64,000 bases of DNA from NCBI GenBank assembly GCA_951406725.2, contig OX597816.1, positions 114,080,001-114,144,000 of the forward strand, in the 5' to 3' direction. Positions 53,501-64,000 of this stretch are shown in pieces. The position numbers and the translations under genes are program-made. The notes below the pieces were generated by a model, which was not told the origin of the DNA, made no database searches, and saw only the letters and a program-made list of their open reading frames with translations. Positions within the stretch are counted from its first letter, which is position 1. Every line of letters starts with the position of its first letter. This DNA is from Octopus vulgaris. Taxonomy: Eukaryota.

Positions 53501-53669
53501 AATCATTAGTTACATTTATTACTCAGTTGGGGAAAGAATAGTTGACTAATTGTTAGAATTTTAGACTTTGTAGTACAAAGATCAGTGTTCAAACCCTGCC
53601 TGAAATATTTTTAACTGTTTTTCTTTCCATTTACTGGCAGAAATGTGTGTGTGTGTGTGTGTGTGTGTG

Positions 53670-53704
<35 letters not shown>

Positions 53705-54266
53705 TGGTGAGTGTGCTGCAATAAAATAACAGCTAGACTGTGAAGAGGCAACTGAGAGAAACTATGCTCCATTATCACTAGAACAGGAACACTCTGGTAA
53801 CTCACTTTTGATACTTTATTTATATAACACTGAAATGAACATTCCACTAACTATTTCCACCATTTGCATTGGATTTGGATGCTACATACCAAAACAATGG
53901 AAAAGATATTCTCTTTGTAACTACTACCCATTACATTACATGTTCCATACATATAACACATCAAAAGTTTCTACCACTGATCTCTGTCATTTTGCATTCC
54001 AAGTTTCAATGTCTTTCAATAAATTTTACTTATATGCATAATTCATTTATAATTAAAATTTATTTTTGCAATATAACTGATAAAATAAATGCATTGGAAA
54101 AGTAATTCAAAGTGGATATGGTTTAGTAGTGGAGGTTCAAAGTAGAATCATAAGAGAGAAGCAGTTGACTATAGGAAAGTTAAATGTAACACTTTTTCAT
54201 ATAGTGTTCATTTTAAAAGGTAATCTTGAATGTATTACAAATACTTATCATGTTATTGACTAGACT

Positions 54267-54500
54267 CCTATTTCTTTACTACCCACAAGGGGCTAAACAC
54301 AGAGGAGACAAACAAGAACAGACAGACGGATTAAGTCAATTATATCAACCTCAGTGCGTAACTGGTACTTAATTTATCGACCCCAAAAGGATGAAAGGCA
54401 AAGTCGACCTCAGCGGAATTTGAACTCAGGATGTAATGGCAGACGAAATACCGCTAAGCATTTTCGCCTGGCATGCTAACGATTCTGCCAGCTCGCCTCC
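54267..54500 (-). mobile_element. Full-length young tRNA-derived SINE (family A)
   Basis: Minus strand reads ggaggcgagctggcagaatcgttagc (A box) ... gagttcaaattcc (B box) ... gactttgcctttcatccttttggggtcgataaattaagtacc. The core resembles, from memory, the conserved domain of Meta/Nin-type SINEs. Confidence 0.93.
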
Positions 54501-54740
54501 GTGATGTTGTTATACATTGCTGGTCACAATGTGTTTTTGTGTTGTTTTAGACTTCAAATGACACCACCCCCTCTGGCTAGGTGAGCAGGCCAACATTTCC
54601 TCCCTGATCAAGAGGGAGTGGAACAAGGTGAAATTAAGTGTTTTACTCTAGAACATAATGCACAGCCCTGTCTGGGAATCAAATCCATGATCTAGCAATC
54701 GTGAGTCCAACAAACTAACCACTAGGCCAAGTGCCTTCAC
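54501..54740 (-). mobile_element. tRNA/CORE-type SINE into which the family A copy appears nested
   Basis: Minus strand has tggcctagtggttag (A box), gatttgattccc (B-box-like) and a CORE-like ttctagagtaaaacacttaatttcac. The 12-bp direct repeat acaaatacttat (54237-54248, 54741-54752) brackets both SINEs. Confidence 0.8.
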
Positions 54741-55086
54741 ACAAATACTTATATTGATAATAAATGGAAGTAAAACTCAAAAGTTATTGCTGTTCTTCAG
54801 CTCTGATTGAAACAGAACATCGGTTTATAGCTCAGTGTACTGATTGGTTGCAATCTTCAAACCTAGAAATAGAAATATACCATGTCTCCATCTGGTTCAA
54901 GATTATACTCTTCTTTGTTATTTCTGTTCCTTGGACAATCTCAGTAGCATATCAGTTTTCCTATGAGAAATGGTCTCTAACTCCCTAGCACAGCCCTTCA
55001 CAATTACTGAAAACAAGACACAGTTAGTTGTCTTCATTACAGTTCTCATAGTGCAGTAAAGCTGATACTTTGTGTGTAAGTGTGAG

Positions 55087-55092
<6 letters not shown>

Positions 55093-55147
<55 letters not shown>
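55093..55147. repeat. (GA)n microsatellite
   Basis: Seen directly. Confidence 0.97.
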
Positions 55148-55151
<4 letters not shown>

Positions 55152-55157
55152 AATTAA

Positions 55158-55340
55158 CACCTGTATTTGGATGATTCTTTATCGATTCCATAAACATGAA
55201 GGGCAAAGTTAACCGAAGCAAGATTCAATCTGGGTGATAGACAAAGTTGACCTAATGGCATTTTAGCACAGAGAACTGGAACAAATACTGTTAGGCCTTC
55301 TGTCACAAATTTTAACAAATCTAACATTTCACTGACTTAC
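55158..55340 (-). mobile_element. Old degenerate family A SINE piece(s)
   Basis: tttatcgattccataaacatgaagggcaaagttaacc followed by a second acaaagttgacc. Confidence 0.5.
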
Positions 55341-57329
55341 AACACTTCCAAAATGCAGGAGTTTATAGTCTGAAGTATGGCAGTTTTGTCTTTTCTCTCT
55401 CAAATTCAGTTCATGTTTTCCTTCTCTATCTGTATGGCATATGCATTTATTTAATTTATTATAATTATTCACTCTTTTGTTCTCTTCACAAATAGTACTT
55501 AATGTGTACTATTTAGAAATCAAAACAAAAGCAGTCATTTATTGAATATGAACAACATAATTTAATAAATCATTAAATATACAACCTAATCAAGATACGT
55601 TGTAAATTTAAAACAAACAAAAAAAAAATTTTATAGAATACACATATTCTTACTGAGCTGATTCCTCTTTTTAGTAAACATTTTTAGCTTCTTGCTAAAT
55701 TGTTATTCCTAATGCAAAATAGTTTTGTGTTATCTATCTATCTATCCATAGTAATGAATTTTCTAAGGAAAGAAACAAGAAAAAACAAAAGGAAAGGTGG
55801 GGAAGGATGTGAATAGAAAAGAAAGAACCCCTCTCCCATAGCCTTATAAGGAAGAGGGTTTGACTGTAACTGATTTTCAATAAATTGCATAGGAACTGTG
55901 TCAGTGACTGACCAGGTCATAGAAGAACATTGGCATTTCATAATAGGCAGTACTTTTAAGAAATAAATACAAACTGAATATAACAGTTTTTGTGTTCTTA
56001 AATCATTAAATTGAATTTTCCACCAAGTTTTGTTGTTTTCTTTTTATTGATTATAAAGAAGTAATGAAACTAAATATAATACCTGTGAATAATCTTAACT
56101 AACATGTGTGAGTTGTTAGATATTTCTTCTTATGATTACTAATTACTATAAATGTAGAAGTGTCATAGGTAATCATTTGAATTTTGTTTTTGTGTGTATG
56201 GGAAATATTTTTATGTTGTGCTGGTTAGTTGTATTTGATGTCCTCTGTTGATGTTAGTAAGAAAGTAAGAAACATTTTGTATAAAGAATTAAATCCTTTA
56301 ATATCGTTCTCCTTTTTTTGACAGTGGAAAAAATTTGGCTGCGATAGCTTCCTTGTTCAGTGACCCTGTACAAGCTCCTAAATCAAAAAGCTAGATTTTT
56401 ACCAACTATTTTGGTATTTTTTACAGTACATTTTCATTGTCTTAACAAAAAAAAAATAAATATCAAATAACTGTCGTAATCAAACGATATTTTTTAATAA
56501 ACACCAGACATTTTGCCTTAGGAATAAAATTTAGTAAAGGAACTACATGCAGAAATGTATATTGAAATGAGAAAAAGACCAAGTATTGACTTCTGTACTT
56601 TTTCTTTACTCATTTACTATGTACGAAAATATGATGATAAAGGTATGTTTAATGACGCATTTAATCGTTACATTCAGTGAACATAAATGTATGCACCTTT
56701 TATTTTTATCATTAAAATAAAAAAATACAATAAAGTTTTGAGACATAAATTGTAATTCTCTTGAGAAAAATATATCTTTGTTTCTTATTTACAGCTGAAT
56801 TTGAATGTGTATGTGAATGTTATTTAAAATACGATATAACATGTATATGCTTATTAGCATGTTCGTGTGTAAGCATAATTGGAAACATGCGAATGTATTG
56901 AAAAATAAACGTATAAAATATGTGTAGAAATATAATTAGAGAATGAAAAACAGGGGAAATAAGTCATATAGCTGTATTGCTTATACAGGTTAGTCTCCCT
57001 TGTTCAATAATAATTTACTGATCCGCCACGTCAAAATTACAAACATATTTCCTGAAGATACAAAAATTTCCTCATAAAATATGACCTAATGTATTAGGTC
57101 ATCTATGTATATATATATATGTGTGTGTCTCCGAGGAAAACTGATTAATACATATACCATTAGTCATAACCAGCTTCTGAAATATGGGACACGACTGCAT
57201 GATAGTTCATATCAATCATTATTATATTTTCACTTCTCTCAACAATTATTTGCAACTAAAAGAATGAAAAGTATTGAATAGAATTGATGTATACTGAAGC
57301 AACATCTTTCACATGCTAGTTAAATGCTG

Positions 57330-57502
57330 CTTCACTTTACACACACAACAATCAACAGACTTCTGCACTATATCTGTCAGGCAAATTCTCTCAAAAGACA
57401 TTGGTTAGCTATAGTAGAGGAGTTCTCCATGGAATCACACAGCGGGACTGAACTTGAAACAACATGGCTGCAAGCATATTTTTTAACCACGTGGTCATGC
57501 CT
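57330..57502 (-). mobile_element. Degenerate family B SINE
   Basis: cacacagcgggactgaacttgaaacaacatggctgcaagc...taaccac aligns to the family B head. Confidence 0.65.
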
Positions 57503-58165
57503 TCCCCAATATGTATCGTGGTACTGGTTCCTCTTCGTTTACAAGTATTTCAGACATGAGAGCGAAAACTAAAATTGAGAGGCCTCAAAGTAAACTTATA
57601 AAAAAACTAAAGGTTTAATAAATATGGAAGCTAGAACTCAGCTATCATCTGAGAAATTACTGTGCTTGACATACAGAAAATGAATAATTAGAAGTTGTAA
57701 ACGATTAGCGCACATGAAATATAGGTGGATGATAGGCAGATTGACATGAAAAGTATACATCCTAATTTGTAGATGTCCAAGAGTAGTTAGCATAAAAATA
57801 TGCAGGGACTTAATTTTTTGCCCAGATAACTGCATTAGTATTGGAGGTGGGTGTTGTGATAAAATAACAACCAGAATAAAAACAATGGAAAACAGTCAGG
57901 TAGCTATTACCTCTGCTAGTAATAAAGGGTCCTCTCTCTTTCACTCAAAGTAAAGGACAGAGCGATAATGCTTGTGCAGGAAATGCAATGCAGGATGACA
58001 GTGCAAAGTGAGCTTTGAATGTGGAAGATTTGTGATGGAAACAAAGAACTGTAATGGGTATGCTCTGATGGACTGTACAGAACATAAACCAGTGGAAAGA
58101 AAAGTTAGATATAAAAGGATTTAAGTGTAGTGGTTTAGACAGAAGCTTGCACTGTCTATGGGTAT

Positions 58166-58411
58166 TACAGTTCTATATTTAAGAGATAAGGAATTATGTA
58201 CATTATTTACATTTGACAGATATTTGTCCTCATCTTGTTTGTTGTTAACACGTTTCAGCTGATACACCCTCCAGCCTTCATCAGGTGTCTTGGGGGAAAT
58301 TTTGAACCTGGGTTCTCATTCGTAAGGTATTTTTCGATGTTGTTGTTGTTGTTGTTATTATTATTATTATTCAGGTCACTACCTGGAATCGAACTTGGAA
58401 TCTTGGGGTTA
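58166..58411 (-). mobile_element. tRNA-headed SINE-like element with an internal (AAT/AAC)n tract and a hammerhead-like 3' domain
   Basis: B-box gttcgattcc at about 58385-58394 on the minus strand; CTGATGA (58284-58278), stem II ggctg/cagct and GAAA (58256-58253). Confidence 0.75.
58247..58289 (-). ncRNA. Minimal (Penelope-type) hammerhead ribozyme motif; the cleavage triplet appears deleted in this copy
   Basis: gacac-CTGATGA-a-GGCTG gagggtgtat CAGCT-GAAA-c-gtgtt; stem I is gacac/gtgtt. Confidence 0.6.
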
Positions 58412-58468
58412 AGAGCGCAGGCTACTAGCCCCAAGATTCCAAGTTCAATTCTAGACAGTGACCTGAAT
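58407..58468 (+). mobile_element. Inverted second copy of the same element's tRNA-like head
   Basis: ggttaagagcgcaggctactagccccaagattccaagttcaattc...gtgacctgaat; 58426-58468 is the reverse complement of 58369-58411 with 5 mismatches. Confidence 0.85.
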
Positions 58469-58478
58469 GATGATGATG

Positions 58479-58511
<33 letters not shown>

Positions 58512-59486
58512 AGCAACAGCCACTTTACAGAATATACTGAGTACATTTTTTTGTGGTATCAGCACAAGGAAGGTTTTCATTTATCTTTAAAAGAGTAAAG
58601 GATTTTTTTCAACCCACCACTTATGAATGATGTATAACAAGAGAAAATAAATAGTGAGAGTAAAGTGAATGATAGATATTGATATCAAATGATCAGTTGG
58701 GGAGTTTACATAGAATTTACGAGGTGCACACTTATCTGATAATAAGTATATCAGACATGCATATTCTTCAAGATTGGTGAGAGAGATAGGGTGATAAAAT
58801 GAGAAAGGGCAGGGTGGGGAATCATCGAGAGGGTCAACTAAGTTCAATAGCATCCCTAGGAAGCAGAGTGCAGTGGACAGAAGAGATCTATTGGCATCAT
58901 TATTCACCCTGGAGACATAGTGCAATGAAACTGAGAAGAGGTGATAGTGACAGAGATGAGCAATAGAGGCAAAAATGATGAAGATATGGGTGACAGAGAC
59001 ATGGATAACAATGGTGTAGATGATAGACAGATAAAAGGGATTCATGACAGAGGGGTATATTACCAGGGGCGAGGGTGATAGAAGATCAGTGATAGAAAAG
59101 TAGCATAATAGAGGGGTATGTGATAGAAAGGTTAGTGATAGAAGTGGTTACAGAGATGAAAGGCTAATGAATGTAGACTTATCAGTATGCATAAATTCAT
59201 ACATACATTTACATATATTTATATATACACACACATACATATACACACACATATATACACACAGATTTTTTATACAAATATAAATACACACACACACACA
59301 TAATACAGCATATGATGCATGAAGATTTACCCTTTGTCAGAACAATCAGTGGTAATTTTTTATGGAAATTATATCATTTATTGCATATGAACCAAATACG
59401 ACGTTGATTTATTCCCCTGAAATTTTTGTATCAGTTACTTTAATTTGCATTTTATTATATTCAATTCTGTATGTATGTATGCATGT

Positions 59487-59517
<31 letters not shown>

Positions 59518-59740
59518 CCTTCATCTCTTAACAACCCCCTTCCATACTCGAAAGGGTTGGCCAGTTTAACAGGAGCTGACTAGTGAGAATACTCCACCAA
59601 GCTCTACTGTCTGCTTTAGCATGGTTTCTATGGCCCCGGATACCCTTTCTAACACCAACCATTTTACAGAGTGTATTGAGTGTTTCTTATGTGGCACCAA
59701 CAGCAGTGAGGTCACCAAGTAACTTCCAAGACAAGATCTC
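59487..59740 (-). mobile_element. Family C SINE, older copy
   Basis: (CAT)n followed by ...gcatggtttctatggccccggataccctttctaacaccaaccattttacagagtgt. Confidence 0.75.
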
Positions 59741-60042
59741 AGAACAAATGCTACTCATATCAAGAAAACATAGTCACACACTTCTTAATCATGAGTAGCA
59801 CTCAGCTACAGCCCTCAAAATTCCTCCATATATCAGGTCTCACTGTCACAGTGAAAATCCCTCATGGGGAAAATGCATCCTTAACATAGCTAGAACCATT
59901 CTTCTGAGACAGAAGATAACTCGGCCTCCAGCAATGACTCATTAAACTGCTCAAATAAGGTCCACAATAACTTATTACTTGCATATTTTTTATGAGCATG
60001 ATAATTCAAGTGCTTGTACAAATTATCAGACACAAAAGATAT

Positions 60043-60230
60043 CACACACACACACACACACAACGGGCTTCTTTCAGTTTCTATTAACCGAATCAACTCA
60101 CAAAGCTTTATAGTCAGCCCAAGGTGGTAGTAAAAAAACACTTGTTCAAGTTGCCAAGCAGAGGGACTGAACCTGGAACCATGTGGTTGGGAAGCAAACA
60201 TCTTACCACAACAGCTACTCCTATGCCTAT
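60043..60230 (-). mobile_element. Family B tRNA/CORE-type SINE
   Basis: Minus strand has an A-box-like tagctgttgtggtaag, B-box ggttcagtccc, a CORE-like ggcaacttgaacaagtg and a (TG)n tract. Confidence 0.85.
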
Positions 60231-60299
60231 AACCAAAATCTGCATACAGATGCCAGATCACTACACATGAGGAATTAGTAGCAAATATAGCATTGGACC

Positions 60300-60482
60300 A
60301 TATGCCTTGTGGTATTTCATTGCATAACTTCCTCCACTTTCTAAGCCAAAATCTTACCAGAATTACCTATTGCTTACTTTTCAAGGTCAATAAAATAAAT
60401 ACCAGTAATACACTGAATATGTTTCAATCAGCTATACTCTTACAGTTTGTAGCCTGGAGCTATAAAGTGAAAAATCAATATT
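60300..60482 (+). mobile_element. Old degenerate family A SINE
   Basis: cttttcaaggtcaataaaataaataccagtaatacactg is a remnant of the family core. Confidence 0.5.
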
Positions 60483-61555
60483 TTACTTACTAAACATAAA
60501 AATGTTTACATATAAACAACATTGCTTCACTTAATGAATAAAAAAATACTTGATTATTTTGTTTAATTTCAGATTTAGTCACACTATTTACGATACTGAG
60601 AAATAAAGATGGAGAAACAACTAACAAATGCATTTTGCATGTTAGTCAAAGTACCATTCATCAAGTGGCATCTACCTGTCTGCTTGTCTGTCTATCTGTC
60701 TGTCCCAGTCCCAATGTATACATGTGTAGGTACATACATACATGCAAAAATACATGTGTACATGCATACTTATATGCATATATATAAACTGAGGGGCAAG
60801 GTAGTGTACAACAAAATGGTCTGACATTTTTTTTTTTTTTTCTTAATACAGGGCATAATGTCTCAGTGAAAACCTATCTCCTTCAGAGGACCAGAGGTTA
60901 TCTTGACTGCAGAGATGAAGCTTACCTACACCGAAATGTTATGTGTGAATGCATTTGATTGGTTGGTATCGAGGTTAAATTCTTCAACTATTGATCAAAC
61001 CAATTAGTGCTTTGAAAGAGATTTTATACATGAAAAATAACTATATTTAAATTGTTTTTTGGTGGGTTTTTTTTTTTATAGAGATAATGACCATCACTTA
61101 CTTCTCAATAGTCAGTTATTTTCAGTAGATATCTGAACTGAAAGAGATTAATGACTGATATTTGCCATATTTAATTAGTTACAAATAATTTAAAGTTAAT
61201 GGAACTAAAAATTTTATTATGCTGAATTTCATTAGGATTTACAAATTTTATGACTAATTTGATATCAAAGGATATCTCAGATAAATCTACATGATTACTA
61301 TTATCATTGTGAAGGTTATTTTTTTTTTTTTTGTATCTAGTAAGGTCTATTTCACTGGATACTAAAGGCATGATCTCTGAGTAAAGATGTGTTTAAAAAA
61401 AGAATCTATAATTTTTCACTGTTTAAGATGATTAGATACCAAATGAATGCTGTTAATGAAAATCTTCTGCAAGAATGACCTAAAGTGTTTCTAGCTTTTT
61501 ACAATTAAAAGGGTAGAACAGGAAAGAATCAAAAAGCACTGTGAATGATTTTCAT

Positions 61556-62790
61556 TGTTATTGATGATGTTGTTGTCATACCTTGTGTTATTATTTACAC
61601 GAACTTCATAGGTTAAAGTGATTTATTTACATTACTGAAAAATCACTTATTCTGTCTACTTTTACTTAATGAGCAATGAAAGAAGAAAAACTAATAAAAA
61701 CAATGTAATTGAACAGAGGATACATTTCACGTTTATGATTTCCAAATTTCGTGAAACAATGAGACTCAAGTGATTTAAACAATATTTTATCACTACCACT
61801 TCGTTTGGAACCAGCTGTACTTCATACTAATTCCAGCATCCTATATTTTGTGATATACATACCTACACACAGAGAAGGTGAGGAGAAAGACTATAAGAGA
61901 CATATACATACATATAAGCATGCATCCTCACATTTATCCATCAGTAAAATACTAAACTGGAAAAACAAATCTTTACTGTGTAATATGGATGATGTGCAGT
62001 GGAAGCAAGCAAATAATTTAAAACTGTTTGATTTCTACATGAGGTCATTTAATTCCATTTGTATTACTAATGCTCTTTGGAAAATGATGAACATCACACA
62101 CTCTTATATTTTCCACTGTACAAGCATAATTTGTTGTGTGTCTAGCATTTTCTCTGCTTAGGATTTTTGCTAACCAAAAACGAGAGATCTCAGTGAAATA
62201 CTGATTTAGAAAAATTAGTTCAATACCAGCAAGCAAAAATTTAAATCTTCATCGATATTTTAATTTATGCTTCTCTGTGCTGGCAGGCCTTGGTTGAGTC
62301 CACCACACACTATATCACCAACCAACTCAATATTCTGAGATATTAGTGAGACCCACAAGAAGGACCATCTTAGCAGCATTATAGGCCCCAGGGCAAAGCA
62401 ATGCACAGGGTCCTATAATATTTGTTTATTGACAGCAATCAACAGCATACACAGATCAGAAGTGGGACCCTTGGTCTGTGAGGAACCCTGGGCAACTGCA
62501 TACAAACCCACAATGAGATCTAACCTCACCACGTTGTCTTATGTCTTCCTCTGTCAAAAGTACTCTTCACTGGTAGTATATGTTATTGATGATATTATAA
62601 TTCTTTGTGTTCATATTTACATGAACTCCATAGGTTAAAGTGATTTATTTACATTACTGAAGAATTACTTATTCTGTCTACTTTTACTAAATAAGCAATG
62701 AAAGAAAAAAAAAACTAATAAAAACAATGTAACTAAACAGAGGACATATTTCATGTTTATGATTTCCAAGTTTTGTGAAACAATGGGGCT
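61556..62790 (+). repeat. About 210-bp direct repeat pair (61556-61766 and 62581-62790)
   Basis: Shared cataggttaaagtgatttatttacattactgaa...cttattctgtctacttttact...gtttatgatttccaa...gtgaaacaatg. Confidence 0.92.
62360..62520. mobile_element. Possible degenerate hAT-type MITE
   Basis: GC-rich ggccccagggcaaa ... ggaaccctgggcaactgc words, typical of hAT MITE subterminal regions. Confidence 0.35.
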
Positions 62791-63362
62791 GTTATACAAA
62801 AGGCATTTTTCTAATCTGGCTGTTATTCATATGATTGTTATACATATGACGCTTTTCTAAAGTGGTTGTTATACATCCACTTTTACTTTAATTGCAGCAG
62901 CCGTACTAGTTGTTATGGTTCAATGAAAAGCATATTAAAGCTTCTTGTTACTGTTGTAGTAGTTTTAGTATACAAATAAAATTATGAGTTTTACTATCAA
63001 CAAATGAGTTGGAGGAGCTCAAACAAATGCTGGGAAGTTTTCTTTCTGACATTCTAACTGTATAAATTTAAGGAATCACTATTTTACTCTCACAAATATT
63101 TTAAGATATCCATGTGATTCACTGAAATGACAATGATAAATAAAAGAAAGAAAGAGAAAGAATGGTACTAGAACTAATTCATTAGAAATAATTATGTCTT
63201 ATACTTTGAAAGTATACTCTTCCTTATGTAGGATGAGTGGTTTAAAATAAAGCAAAATTGGAAATAAAAATGAACAAAAATAAGGCAGTAATTGAAGTAT
63301 TGTAAATTTTATCTAGAAAGGTGCACTATTGTAAGATTATCAAAGAAAGCTTTAGTTTTGTG

Positions 63363-63365
63363 ACA

Positions 63366-63454
<89 letters not shown>

Positions 63455-63534
63455 TCTGATTCCTATCTTCAAATAGATATGAATATCTCACCAGAACGAA
63501 TATTGTTCAGTCATAATTAGTTTGAACAACTATT

Positions 63535-63573
<39 letters not shown>
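63363..63573. repeat. (CA)n/(CAGA)n and (TA)n microsatellites
   Basis: Seen directly at 63363-63454 and 63538-63573. Confidence 0.95.
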
Positions 63574-63577
<4 letters not shown>

Positions 63578-64000
63578 ATGCTTTGTATGATCATTTCAGT
63601 CCAGTTGTAAGCTGCACCATCATTTCAAATCAAAATGGATTCTTTTCTGATAATGACGACAGTGTCCGTTTATGTCATGGCTTTAGTTTTCATAGAATCT
63701 AACAGATCAATCAACAAAATAACTGTACACTACCTCAGGTAGTGATCTAACCACGGCAGACAGACAGGCTGGCAATAGCAAAGAACAGATCTGCTTACTT
63801 AATAACACTCGTAAGAGGCATCACTATTCAGCTGCCTTGGGTTTTGCATGAGCTGTATTTCAAAGATGACAGCTTTAATATTCCTGGTTGCCAAAGAAAT
63901 TAACTTTAATGAAAGAAAATTCCTCATGACTCTAGGGAATATACAGGGCCATCGATTACAGAAAAATCAAAAGAACATATTTACAATATGAGAAATATTT

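Noticed and set aside
48463-60230. tRNA genes suggested by A/B boxes
   Set aside because: The boxes belong to SINE heads; no complete cloverleaf is present.
35736-63491. Many ORFs rich in YI, HT, CV or SL dipeptides
   Set aside because: Translations of (TA)n, (CA)n and (GA)n microsatellites.
63797-63885. Exon-like segment with AG and GTAAGC on the minus strand
   Set aside because: All three frames contain or end in stops, so it cannot be a coding exon of this gene.
1-64000. CRISPR arrays, rRNA or prokaryotic systems
   Set aside because: Eukaryotic intron-exon DNA with no repeat-spacer arrays or operon-like ORF density.

Overview
AT-rich, microsatellite-dense animal DNA. The repeat content (tRNA-headed SINEs sitting in (AAT)n/(CA)n tracts, TTAA MITE) resembles what I know of Octopus/coleoid cephalopod genomes; that assignment is an inference. 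One protein-coding gene is supported, on the minus strand: a six-finger C2H2 transcription factor of the rotund/squeeze/LIN-29/ZNF362-ZNF384 family. Its two main exons are 32806-32990 and 23305-24255. Two further in-frame, symmetric phase-1 exons are absent from the ORF track: an 84-nt exon at 46168-46251 and a 27-nt microexon at 39357-39383. The 5' end is unresolved and may lie beyond the window. The rest is intron, probable long 3' UTR and intergenic DNA with SINEs, LINE remnants (including a Dong/R4-type insertion with an 18-bp TSD in a TAA tract), MITEs and many fold-back structures. The most striking non-coding items are a tRNA-headed SINE-like element carrying a hammerhead-ribozyme core in its tail (58166-58468), a second near-complete hammerhead (10485-10538), a template-switch/Helitron-associated rearrangement that splits a SINE (8054-8794), and a ~1.27-kb intronic fold-back with a young 106-bp palindrome inside it. 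All coordinates, alignments and folds were read by eye; no searches were run.
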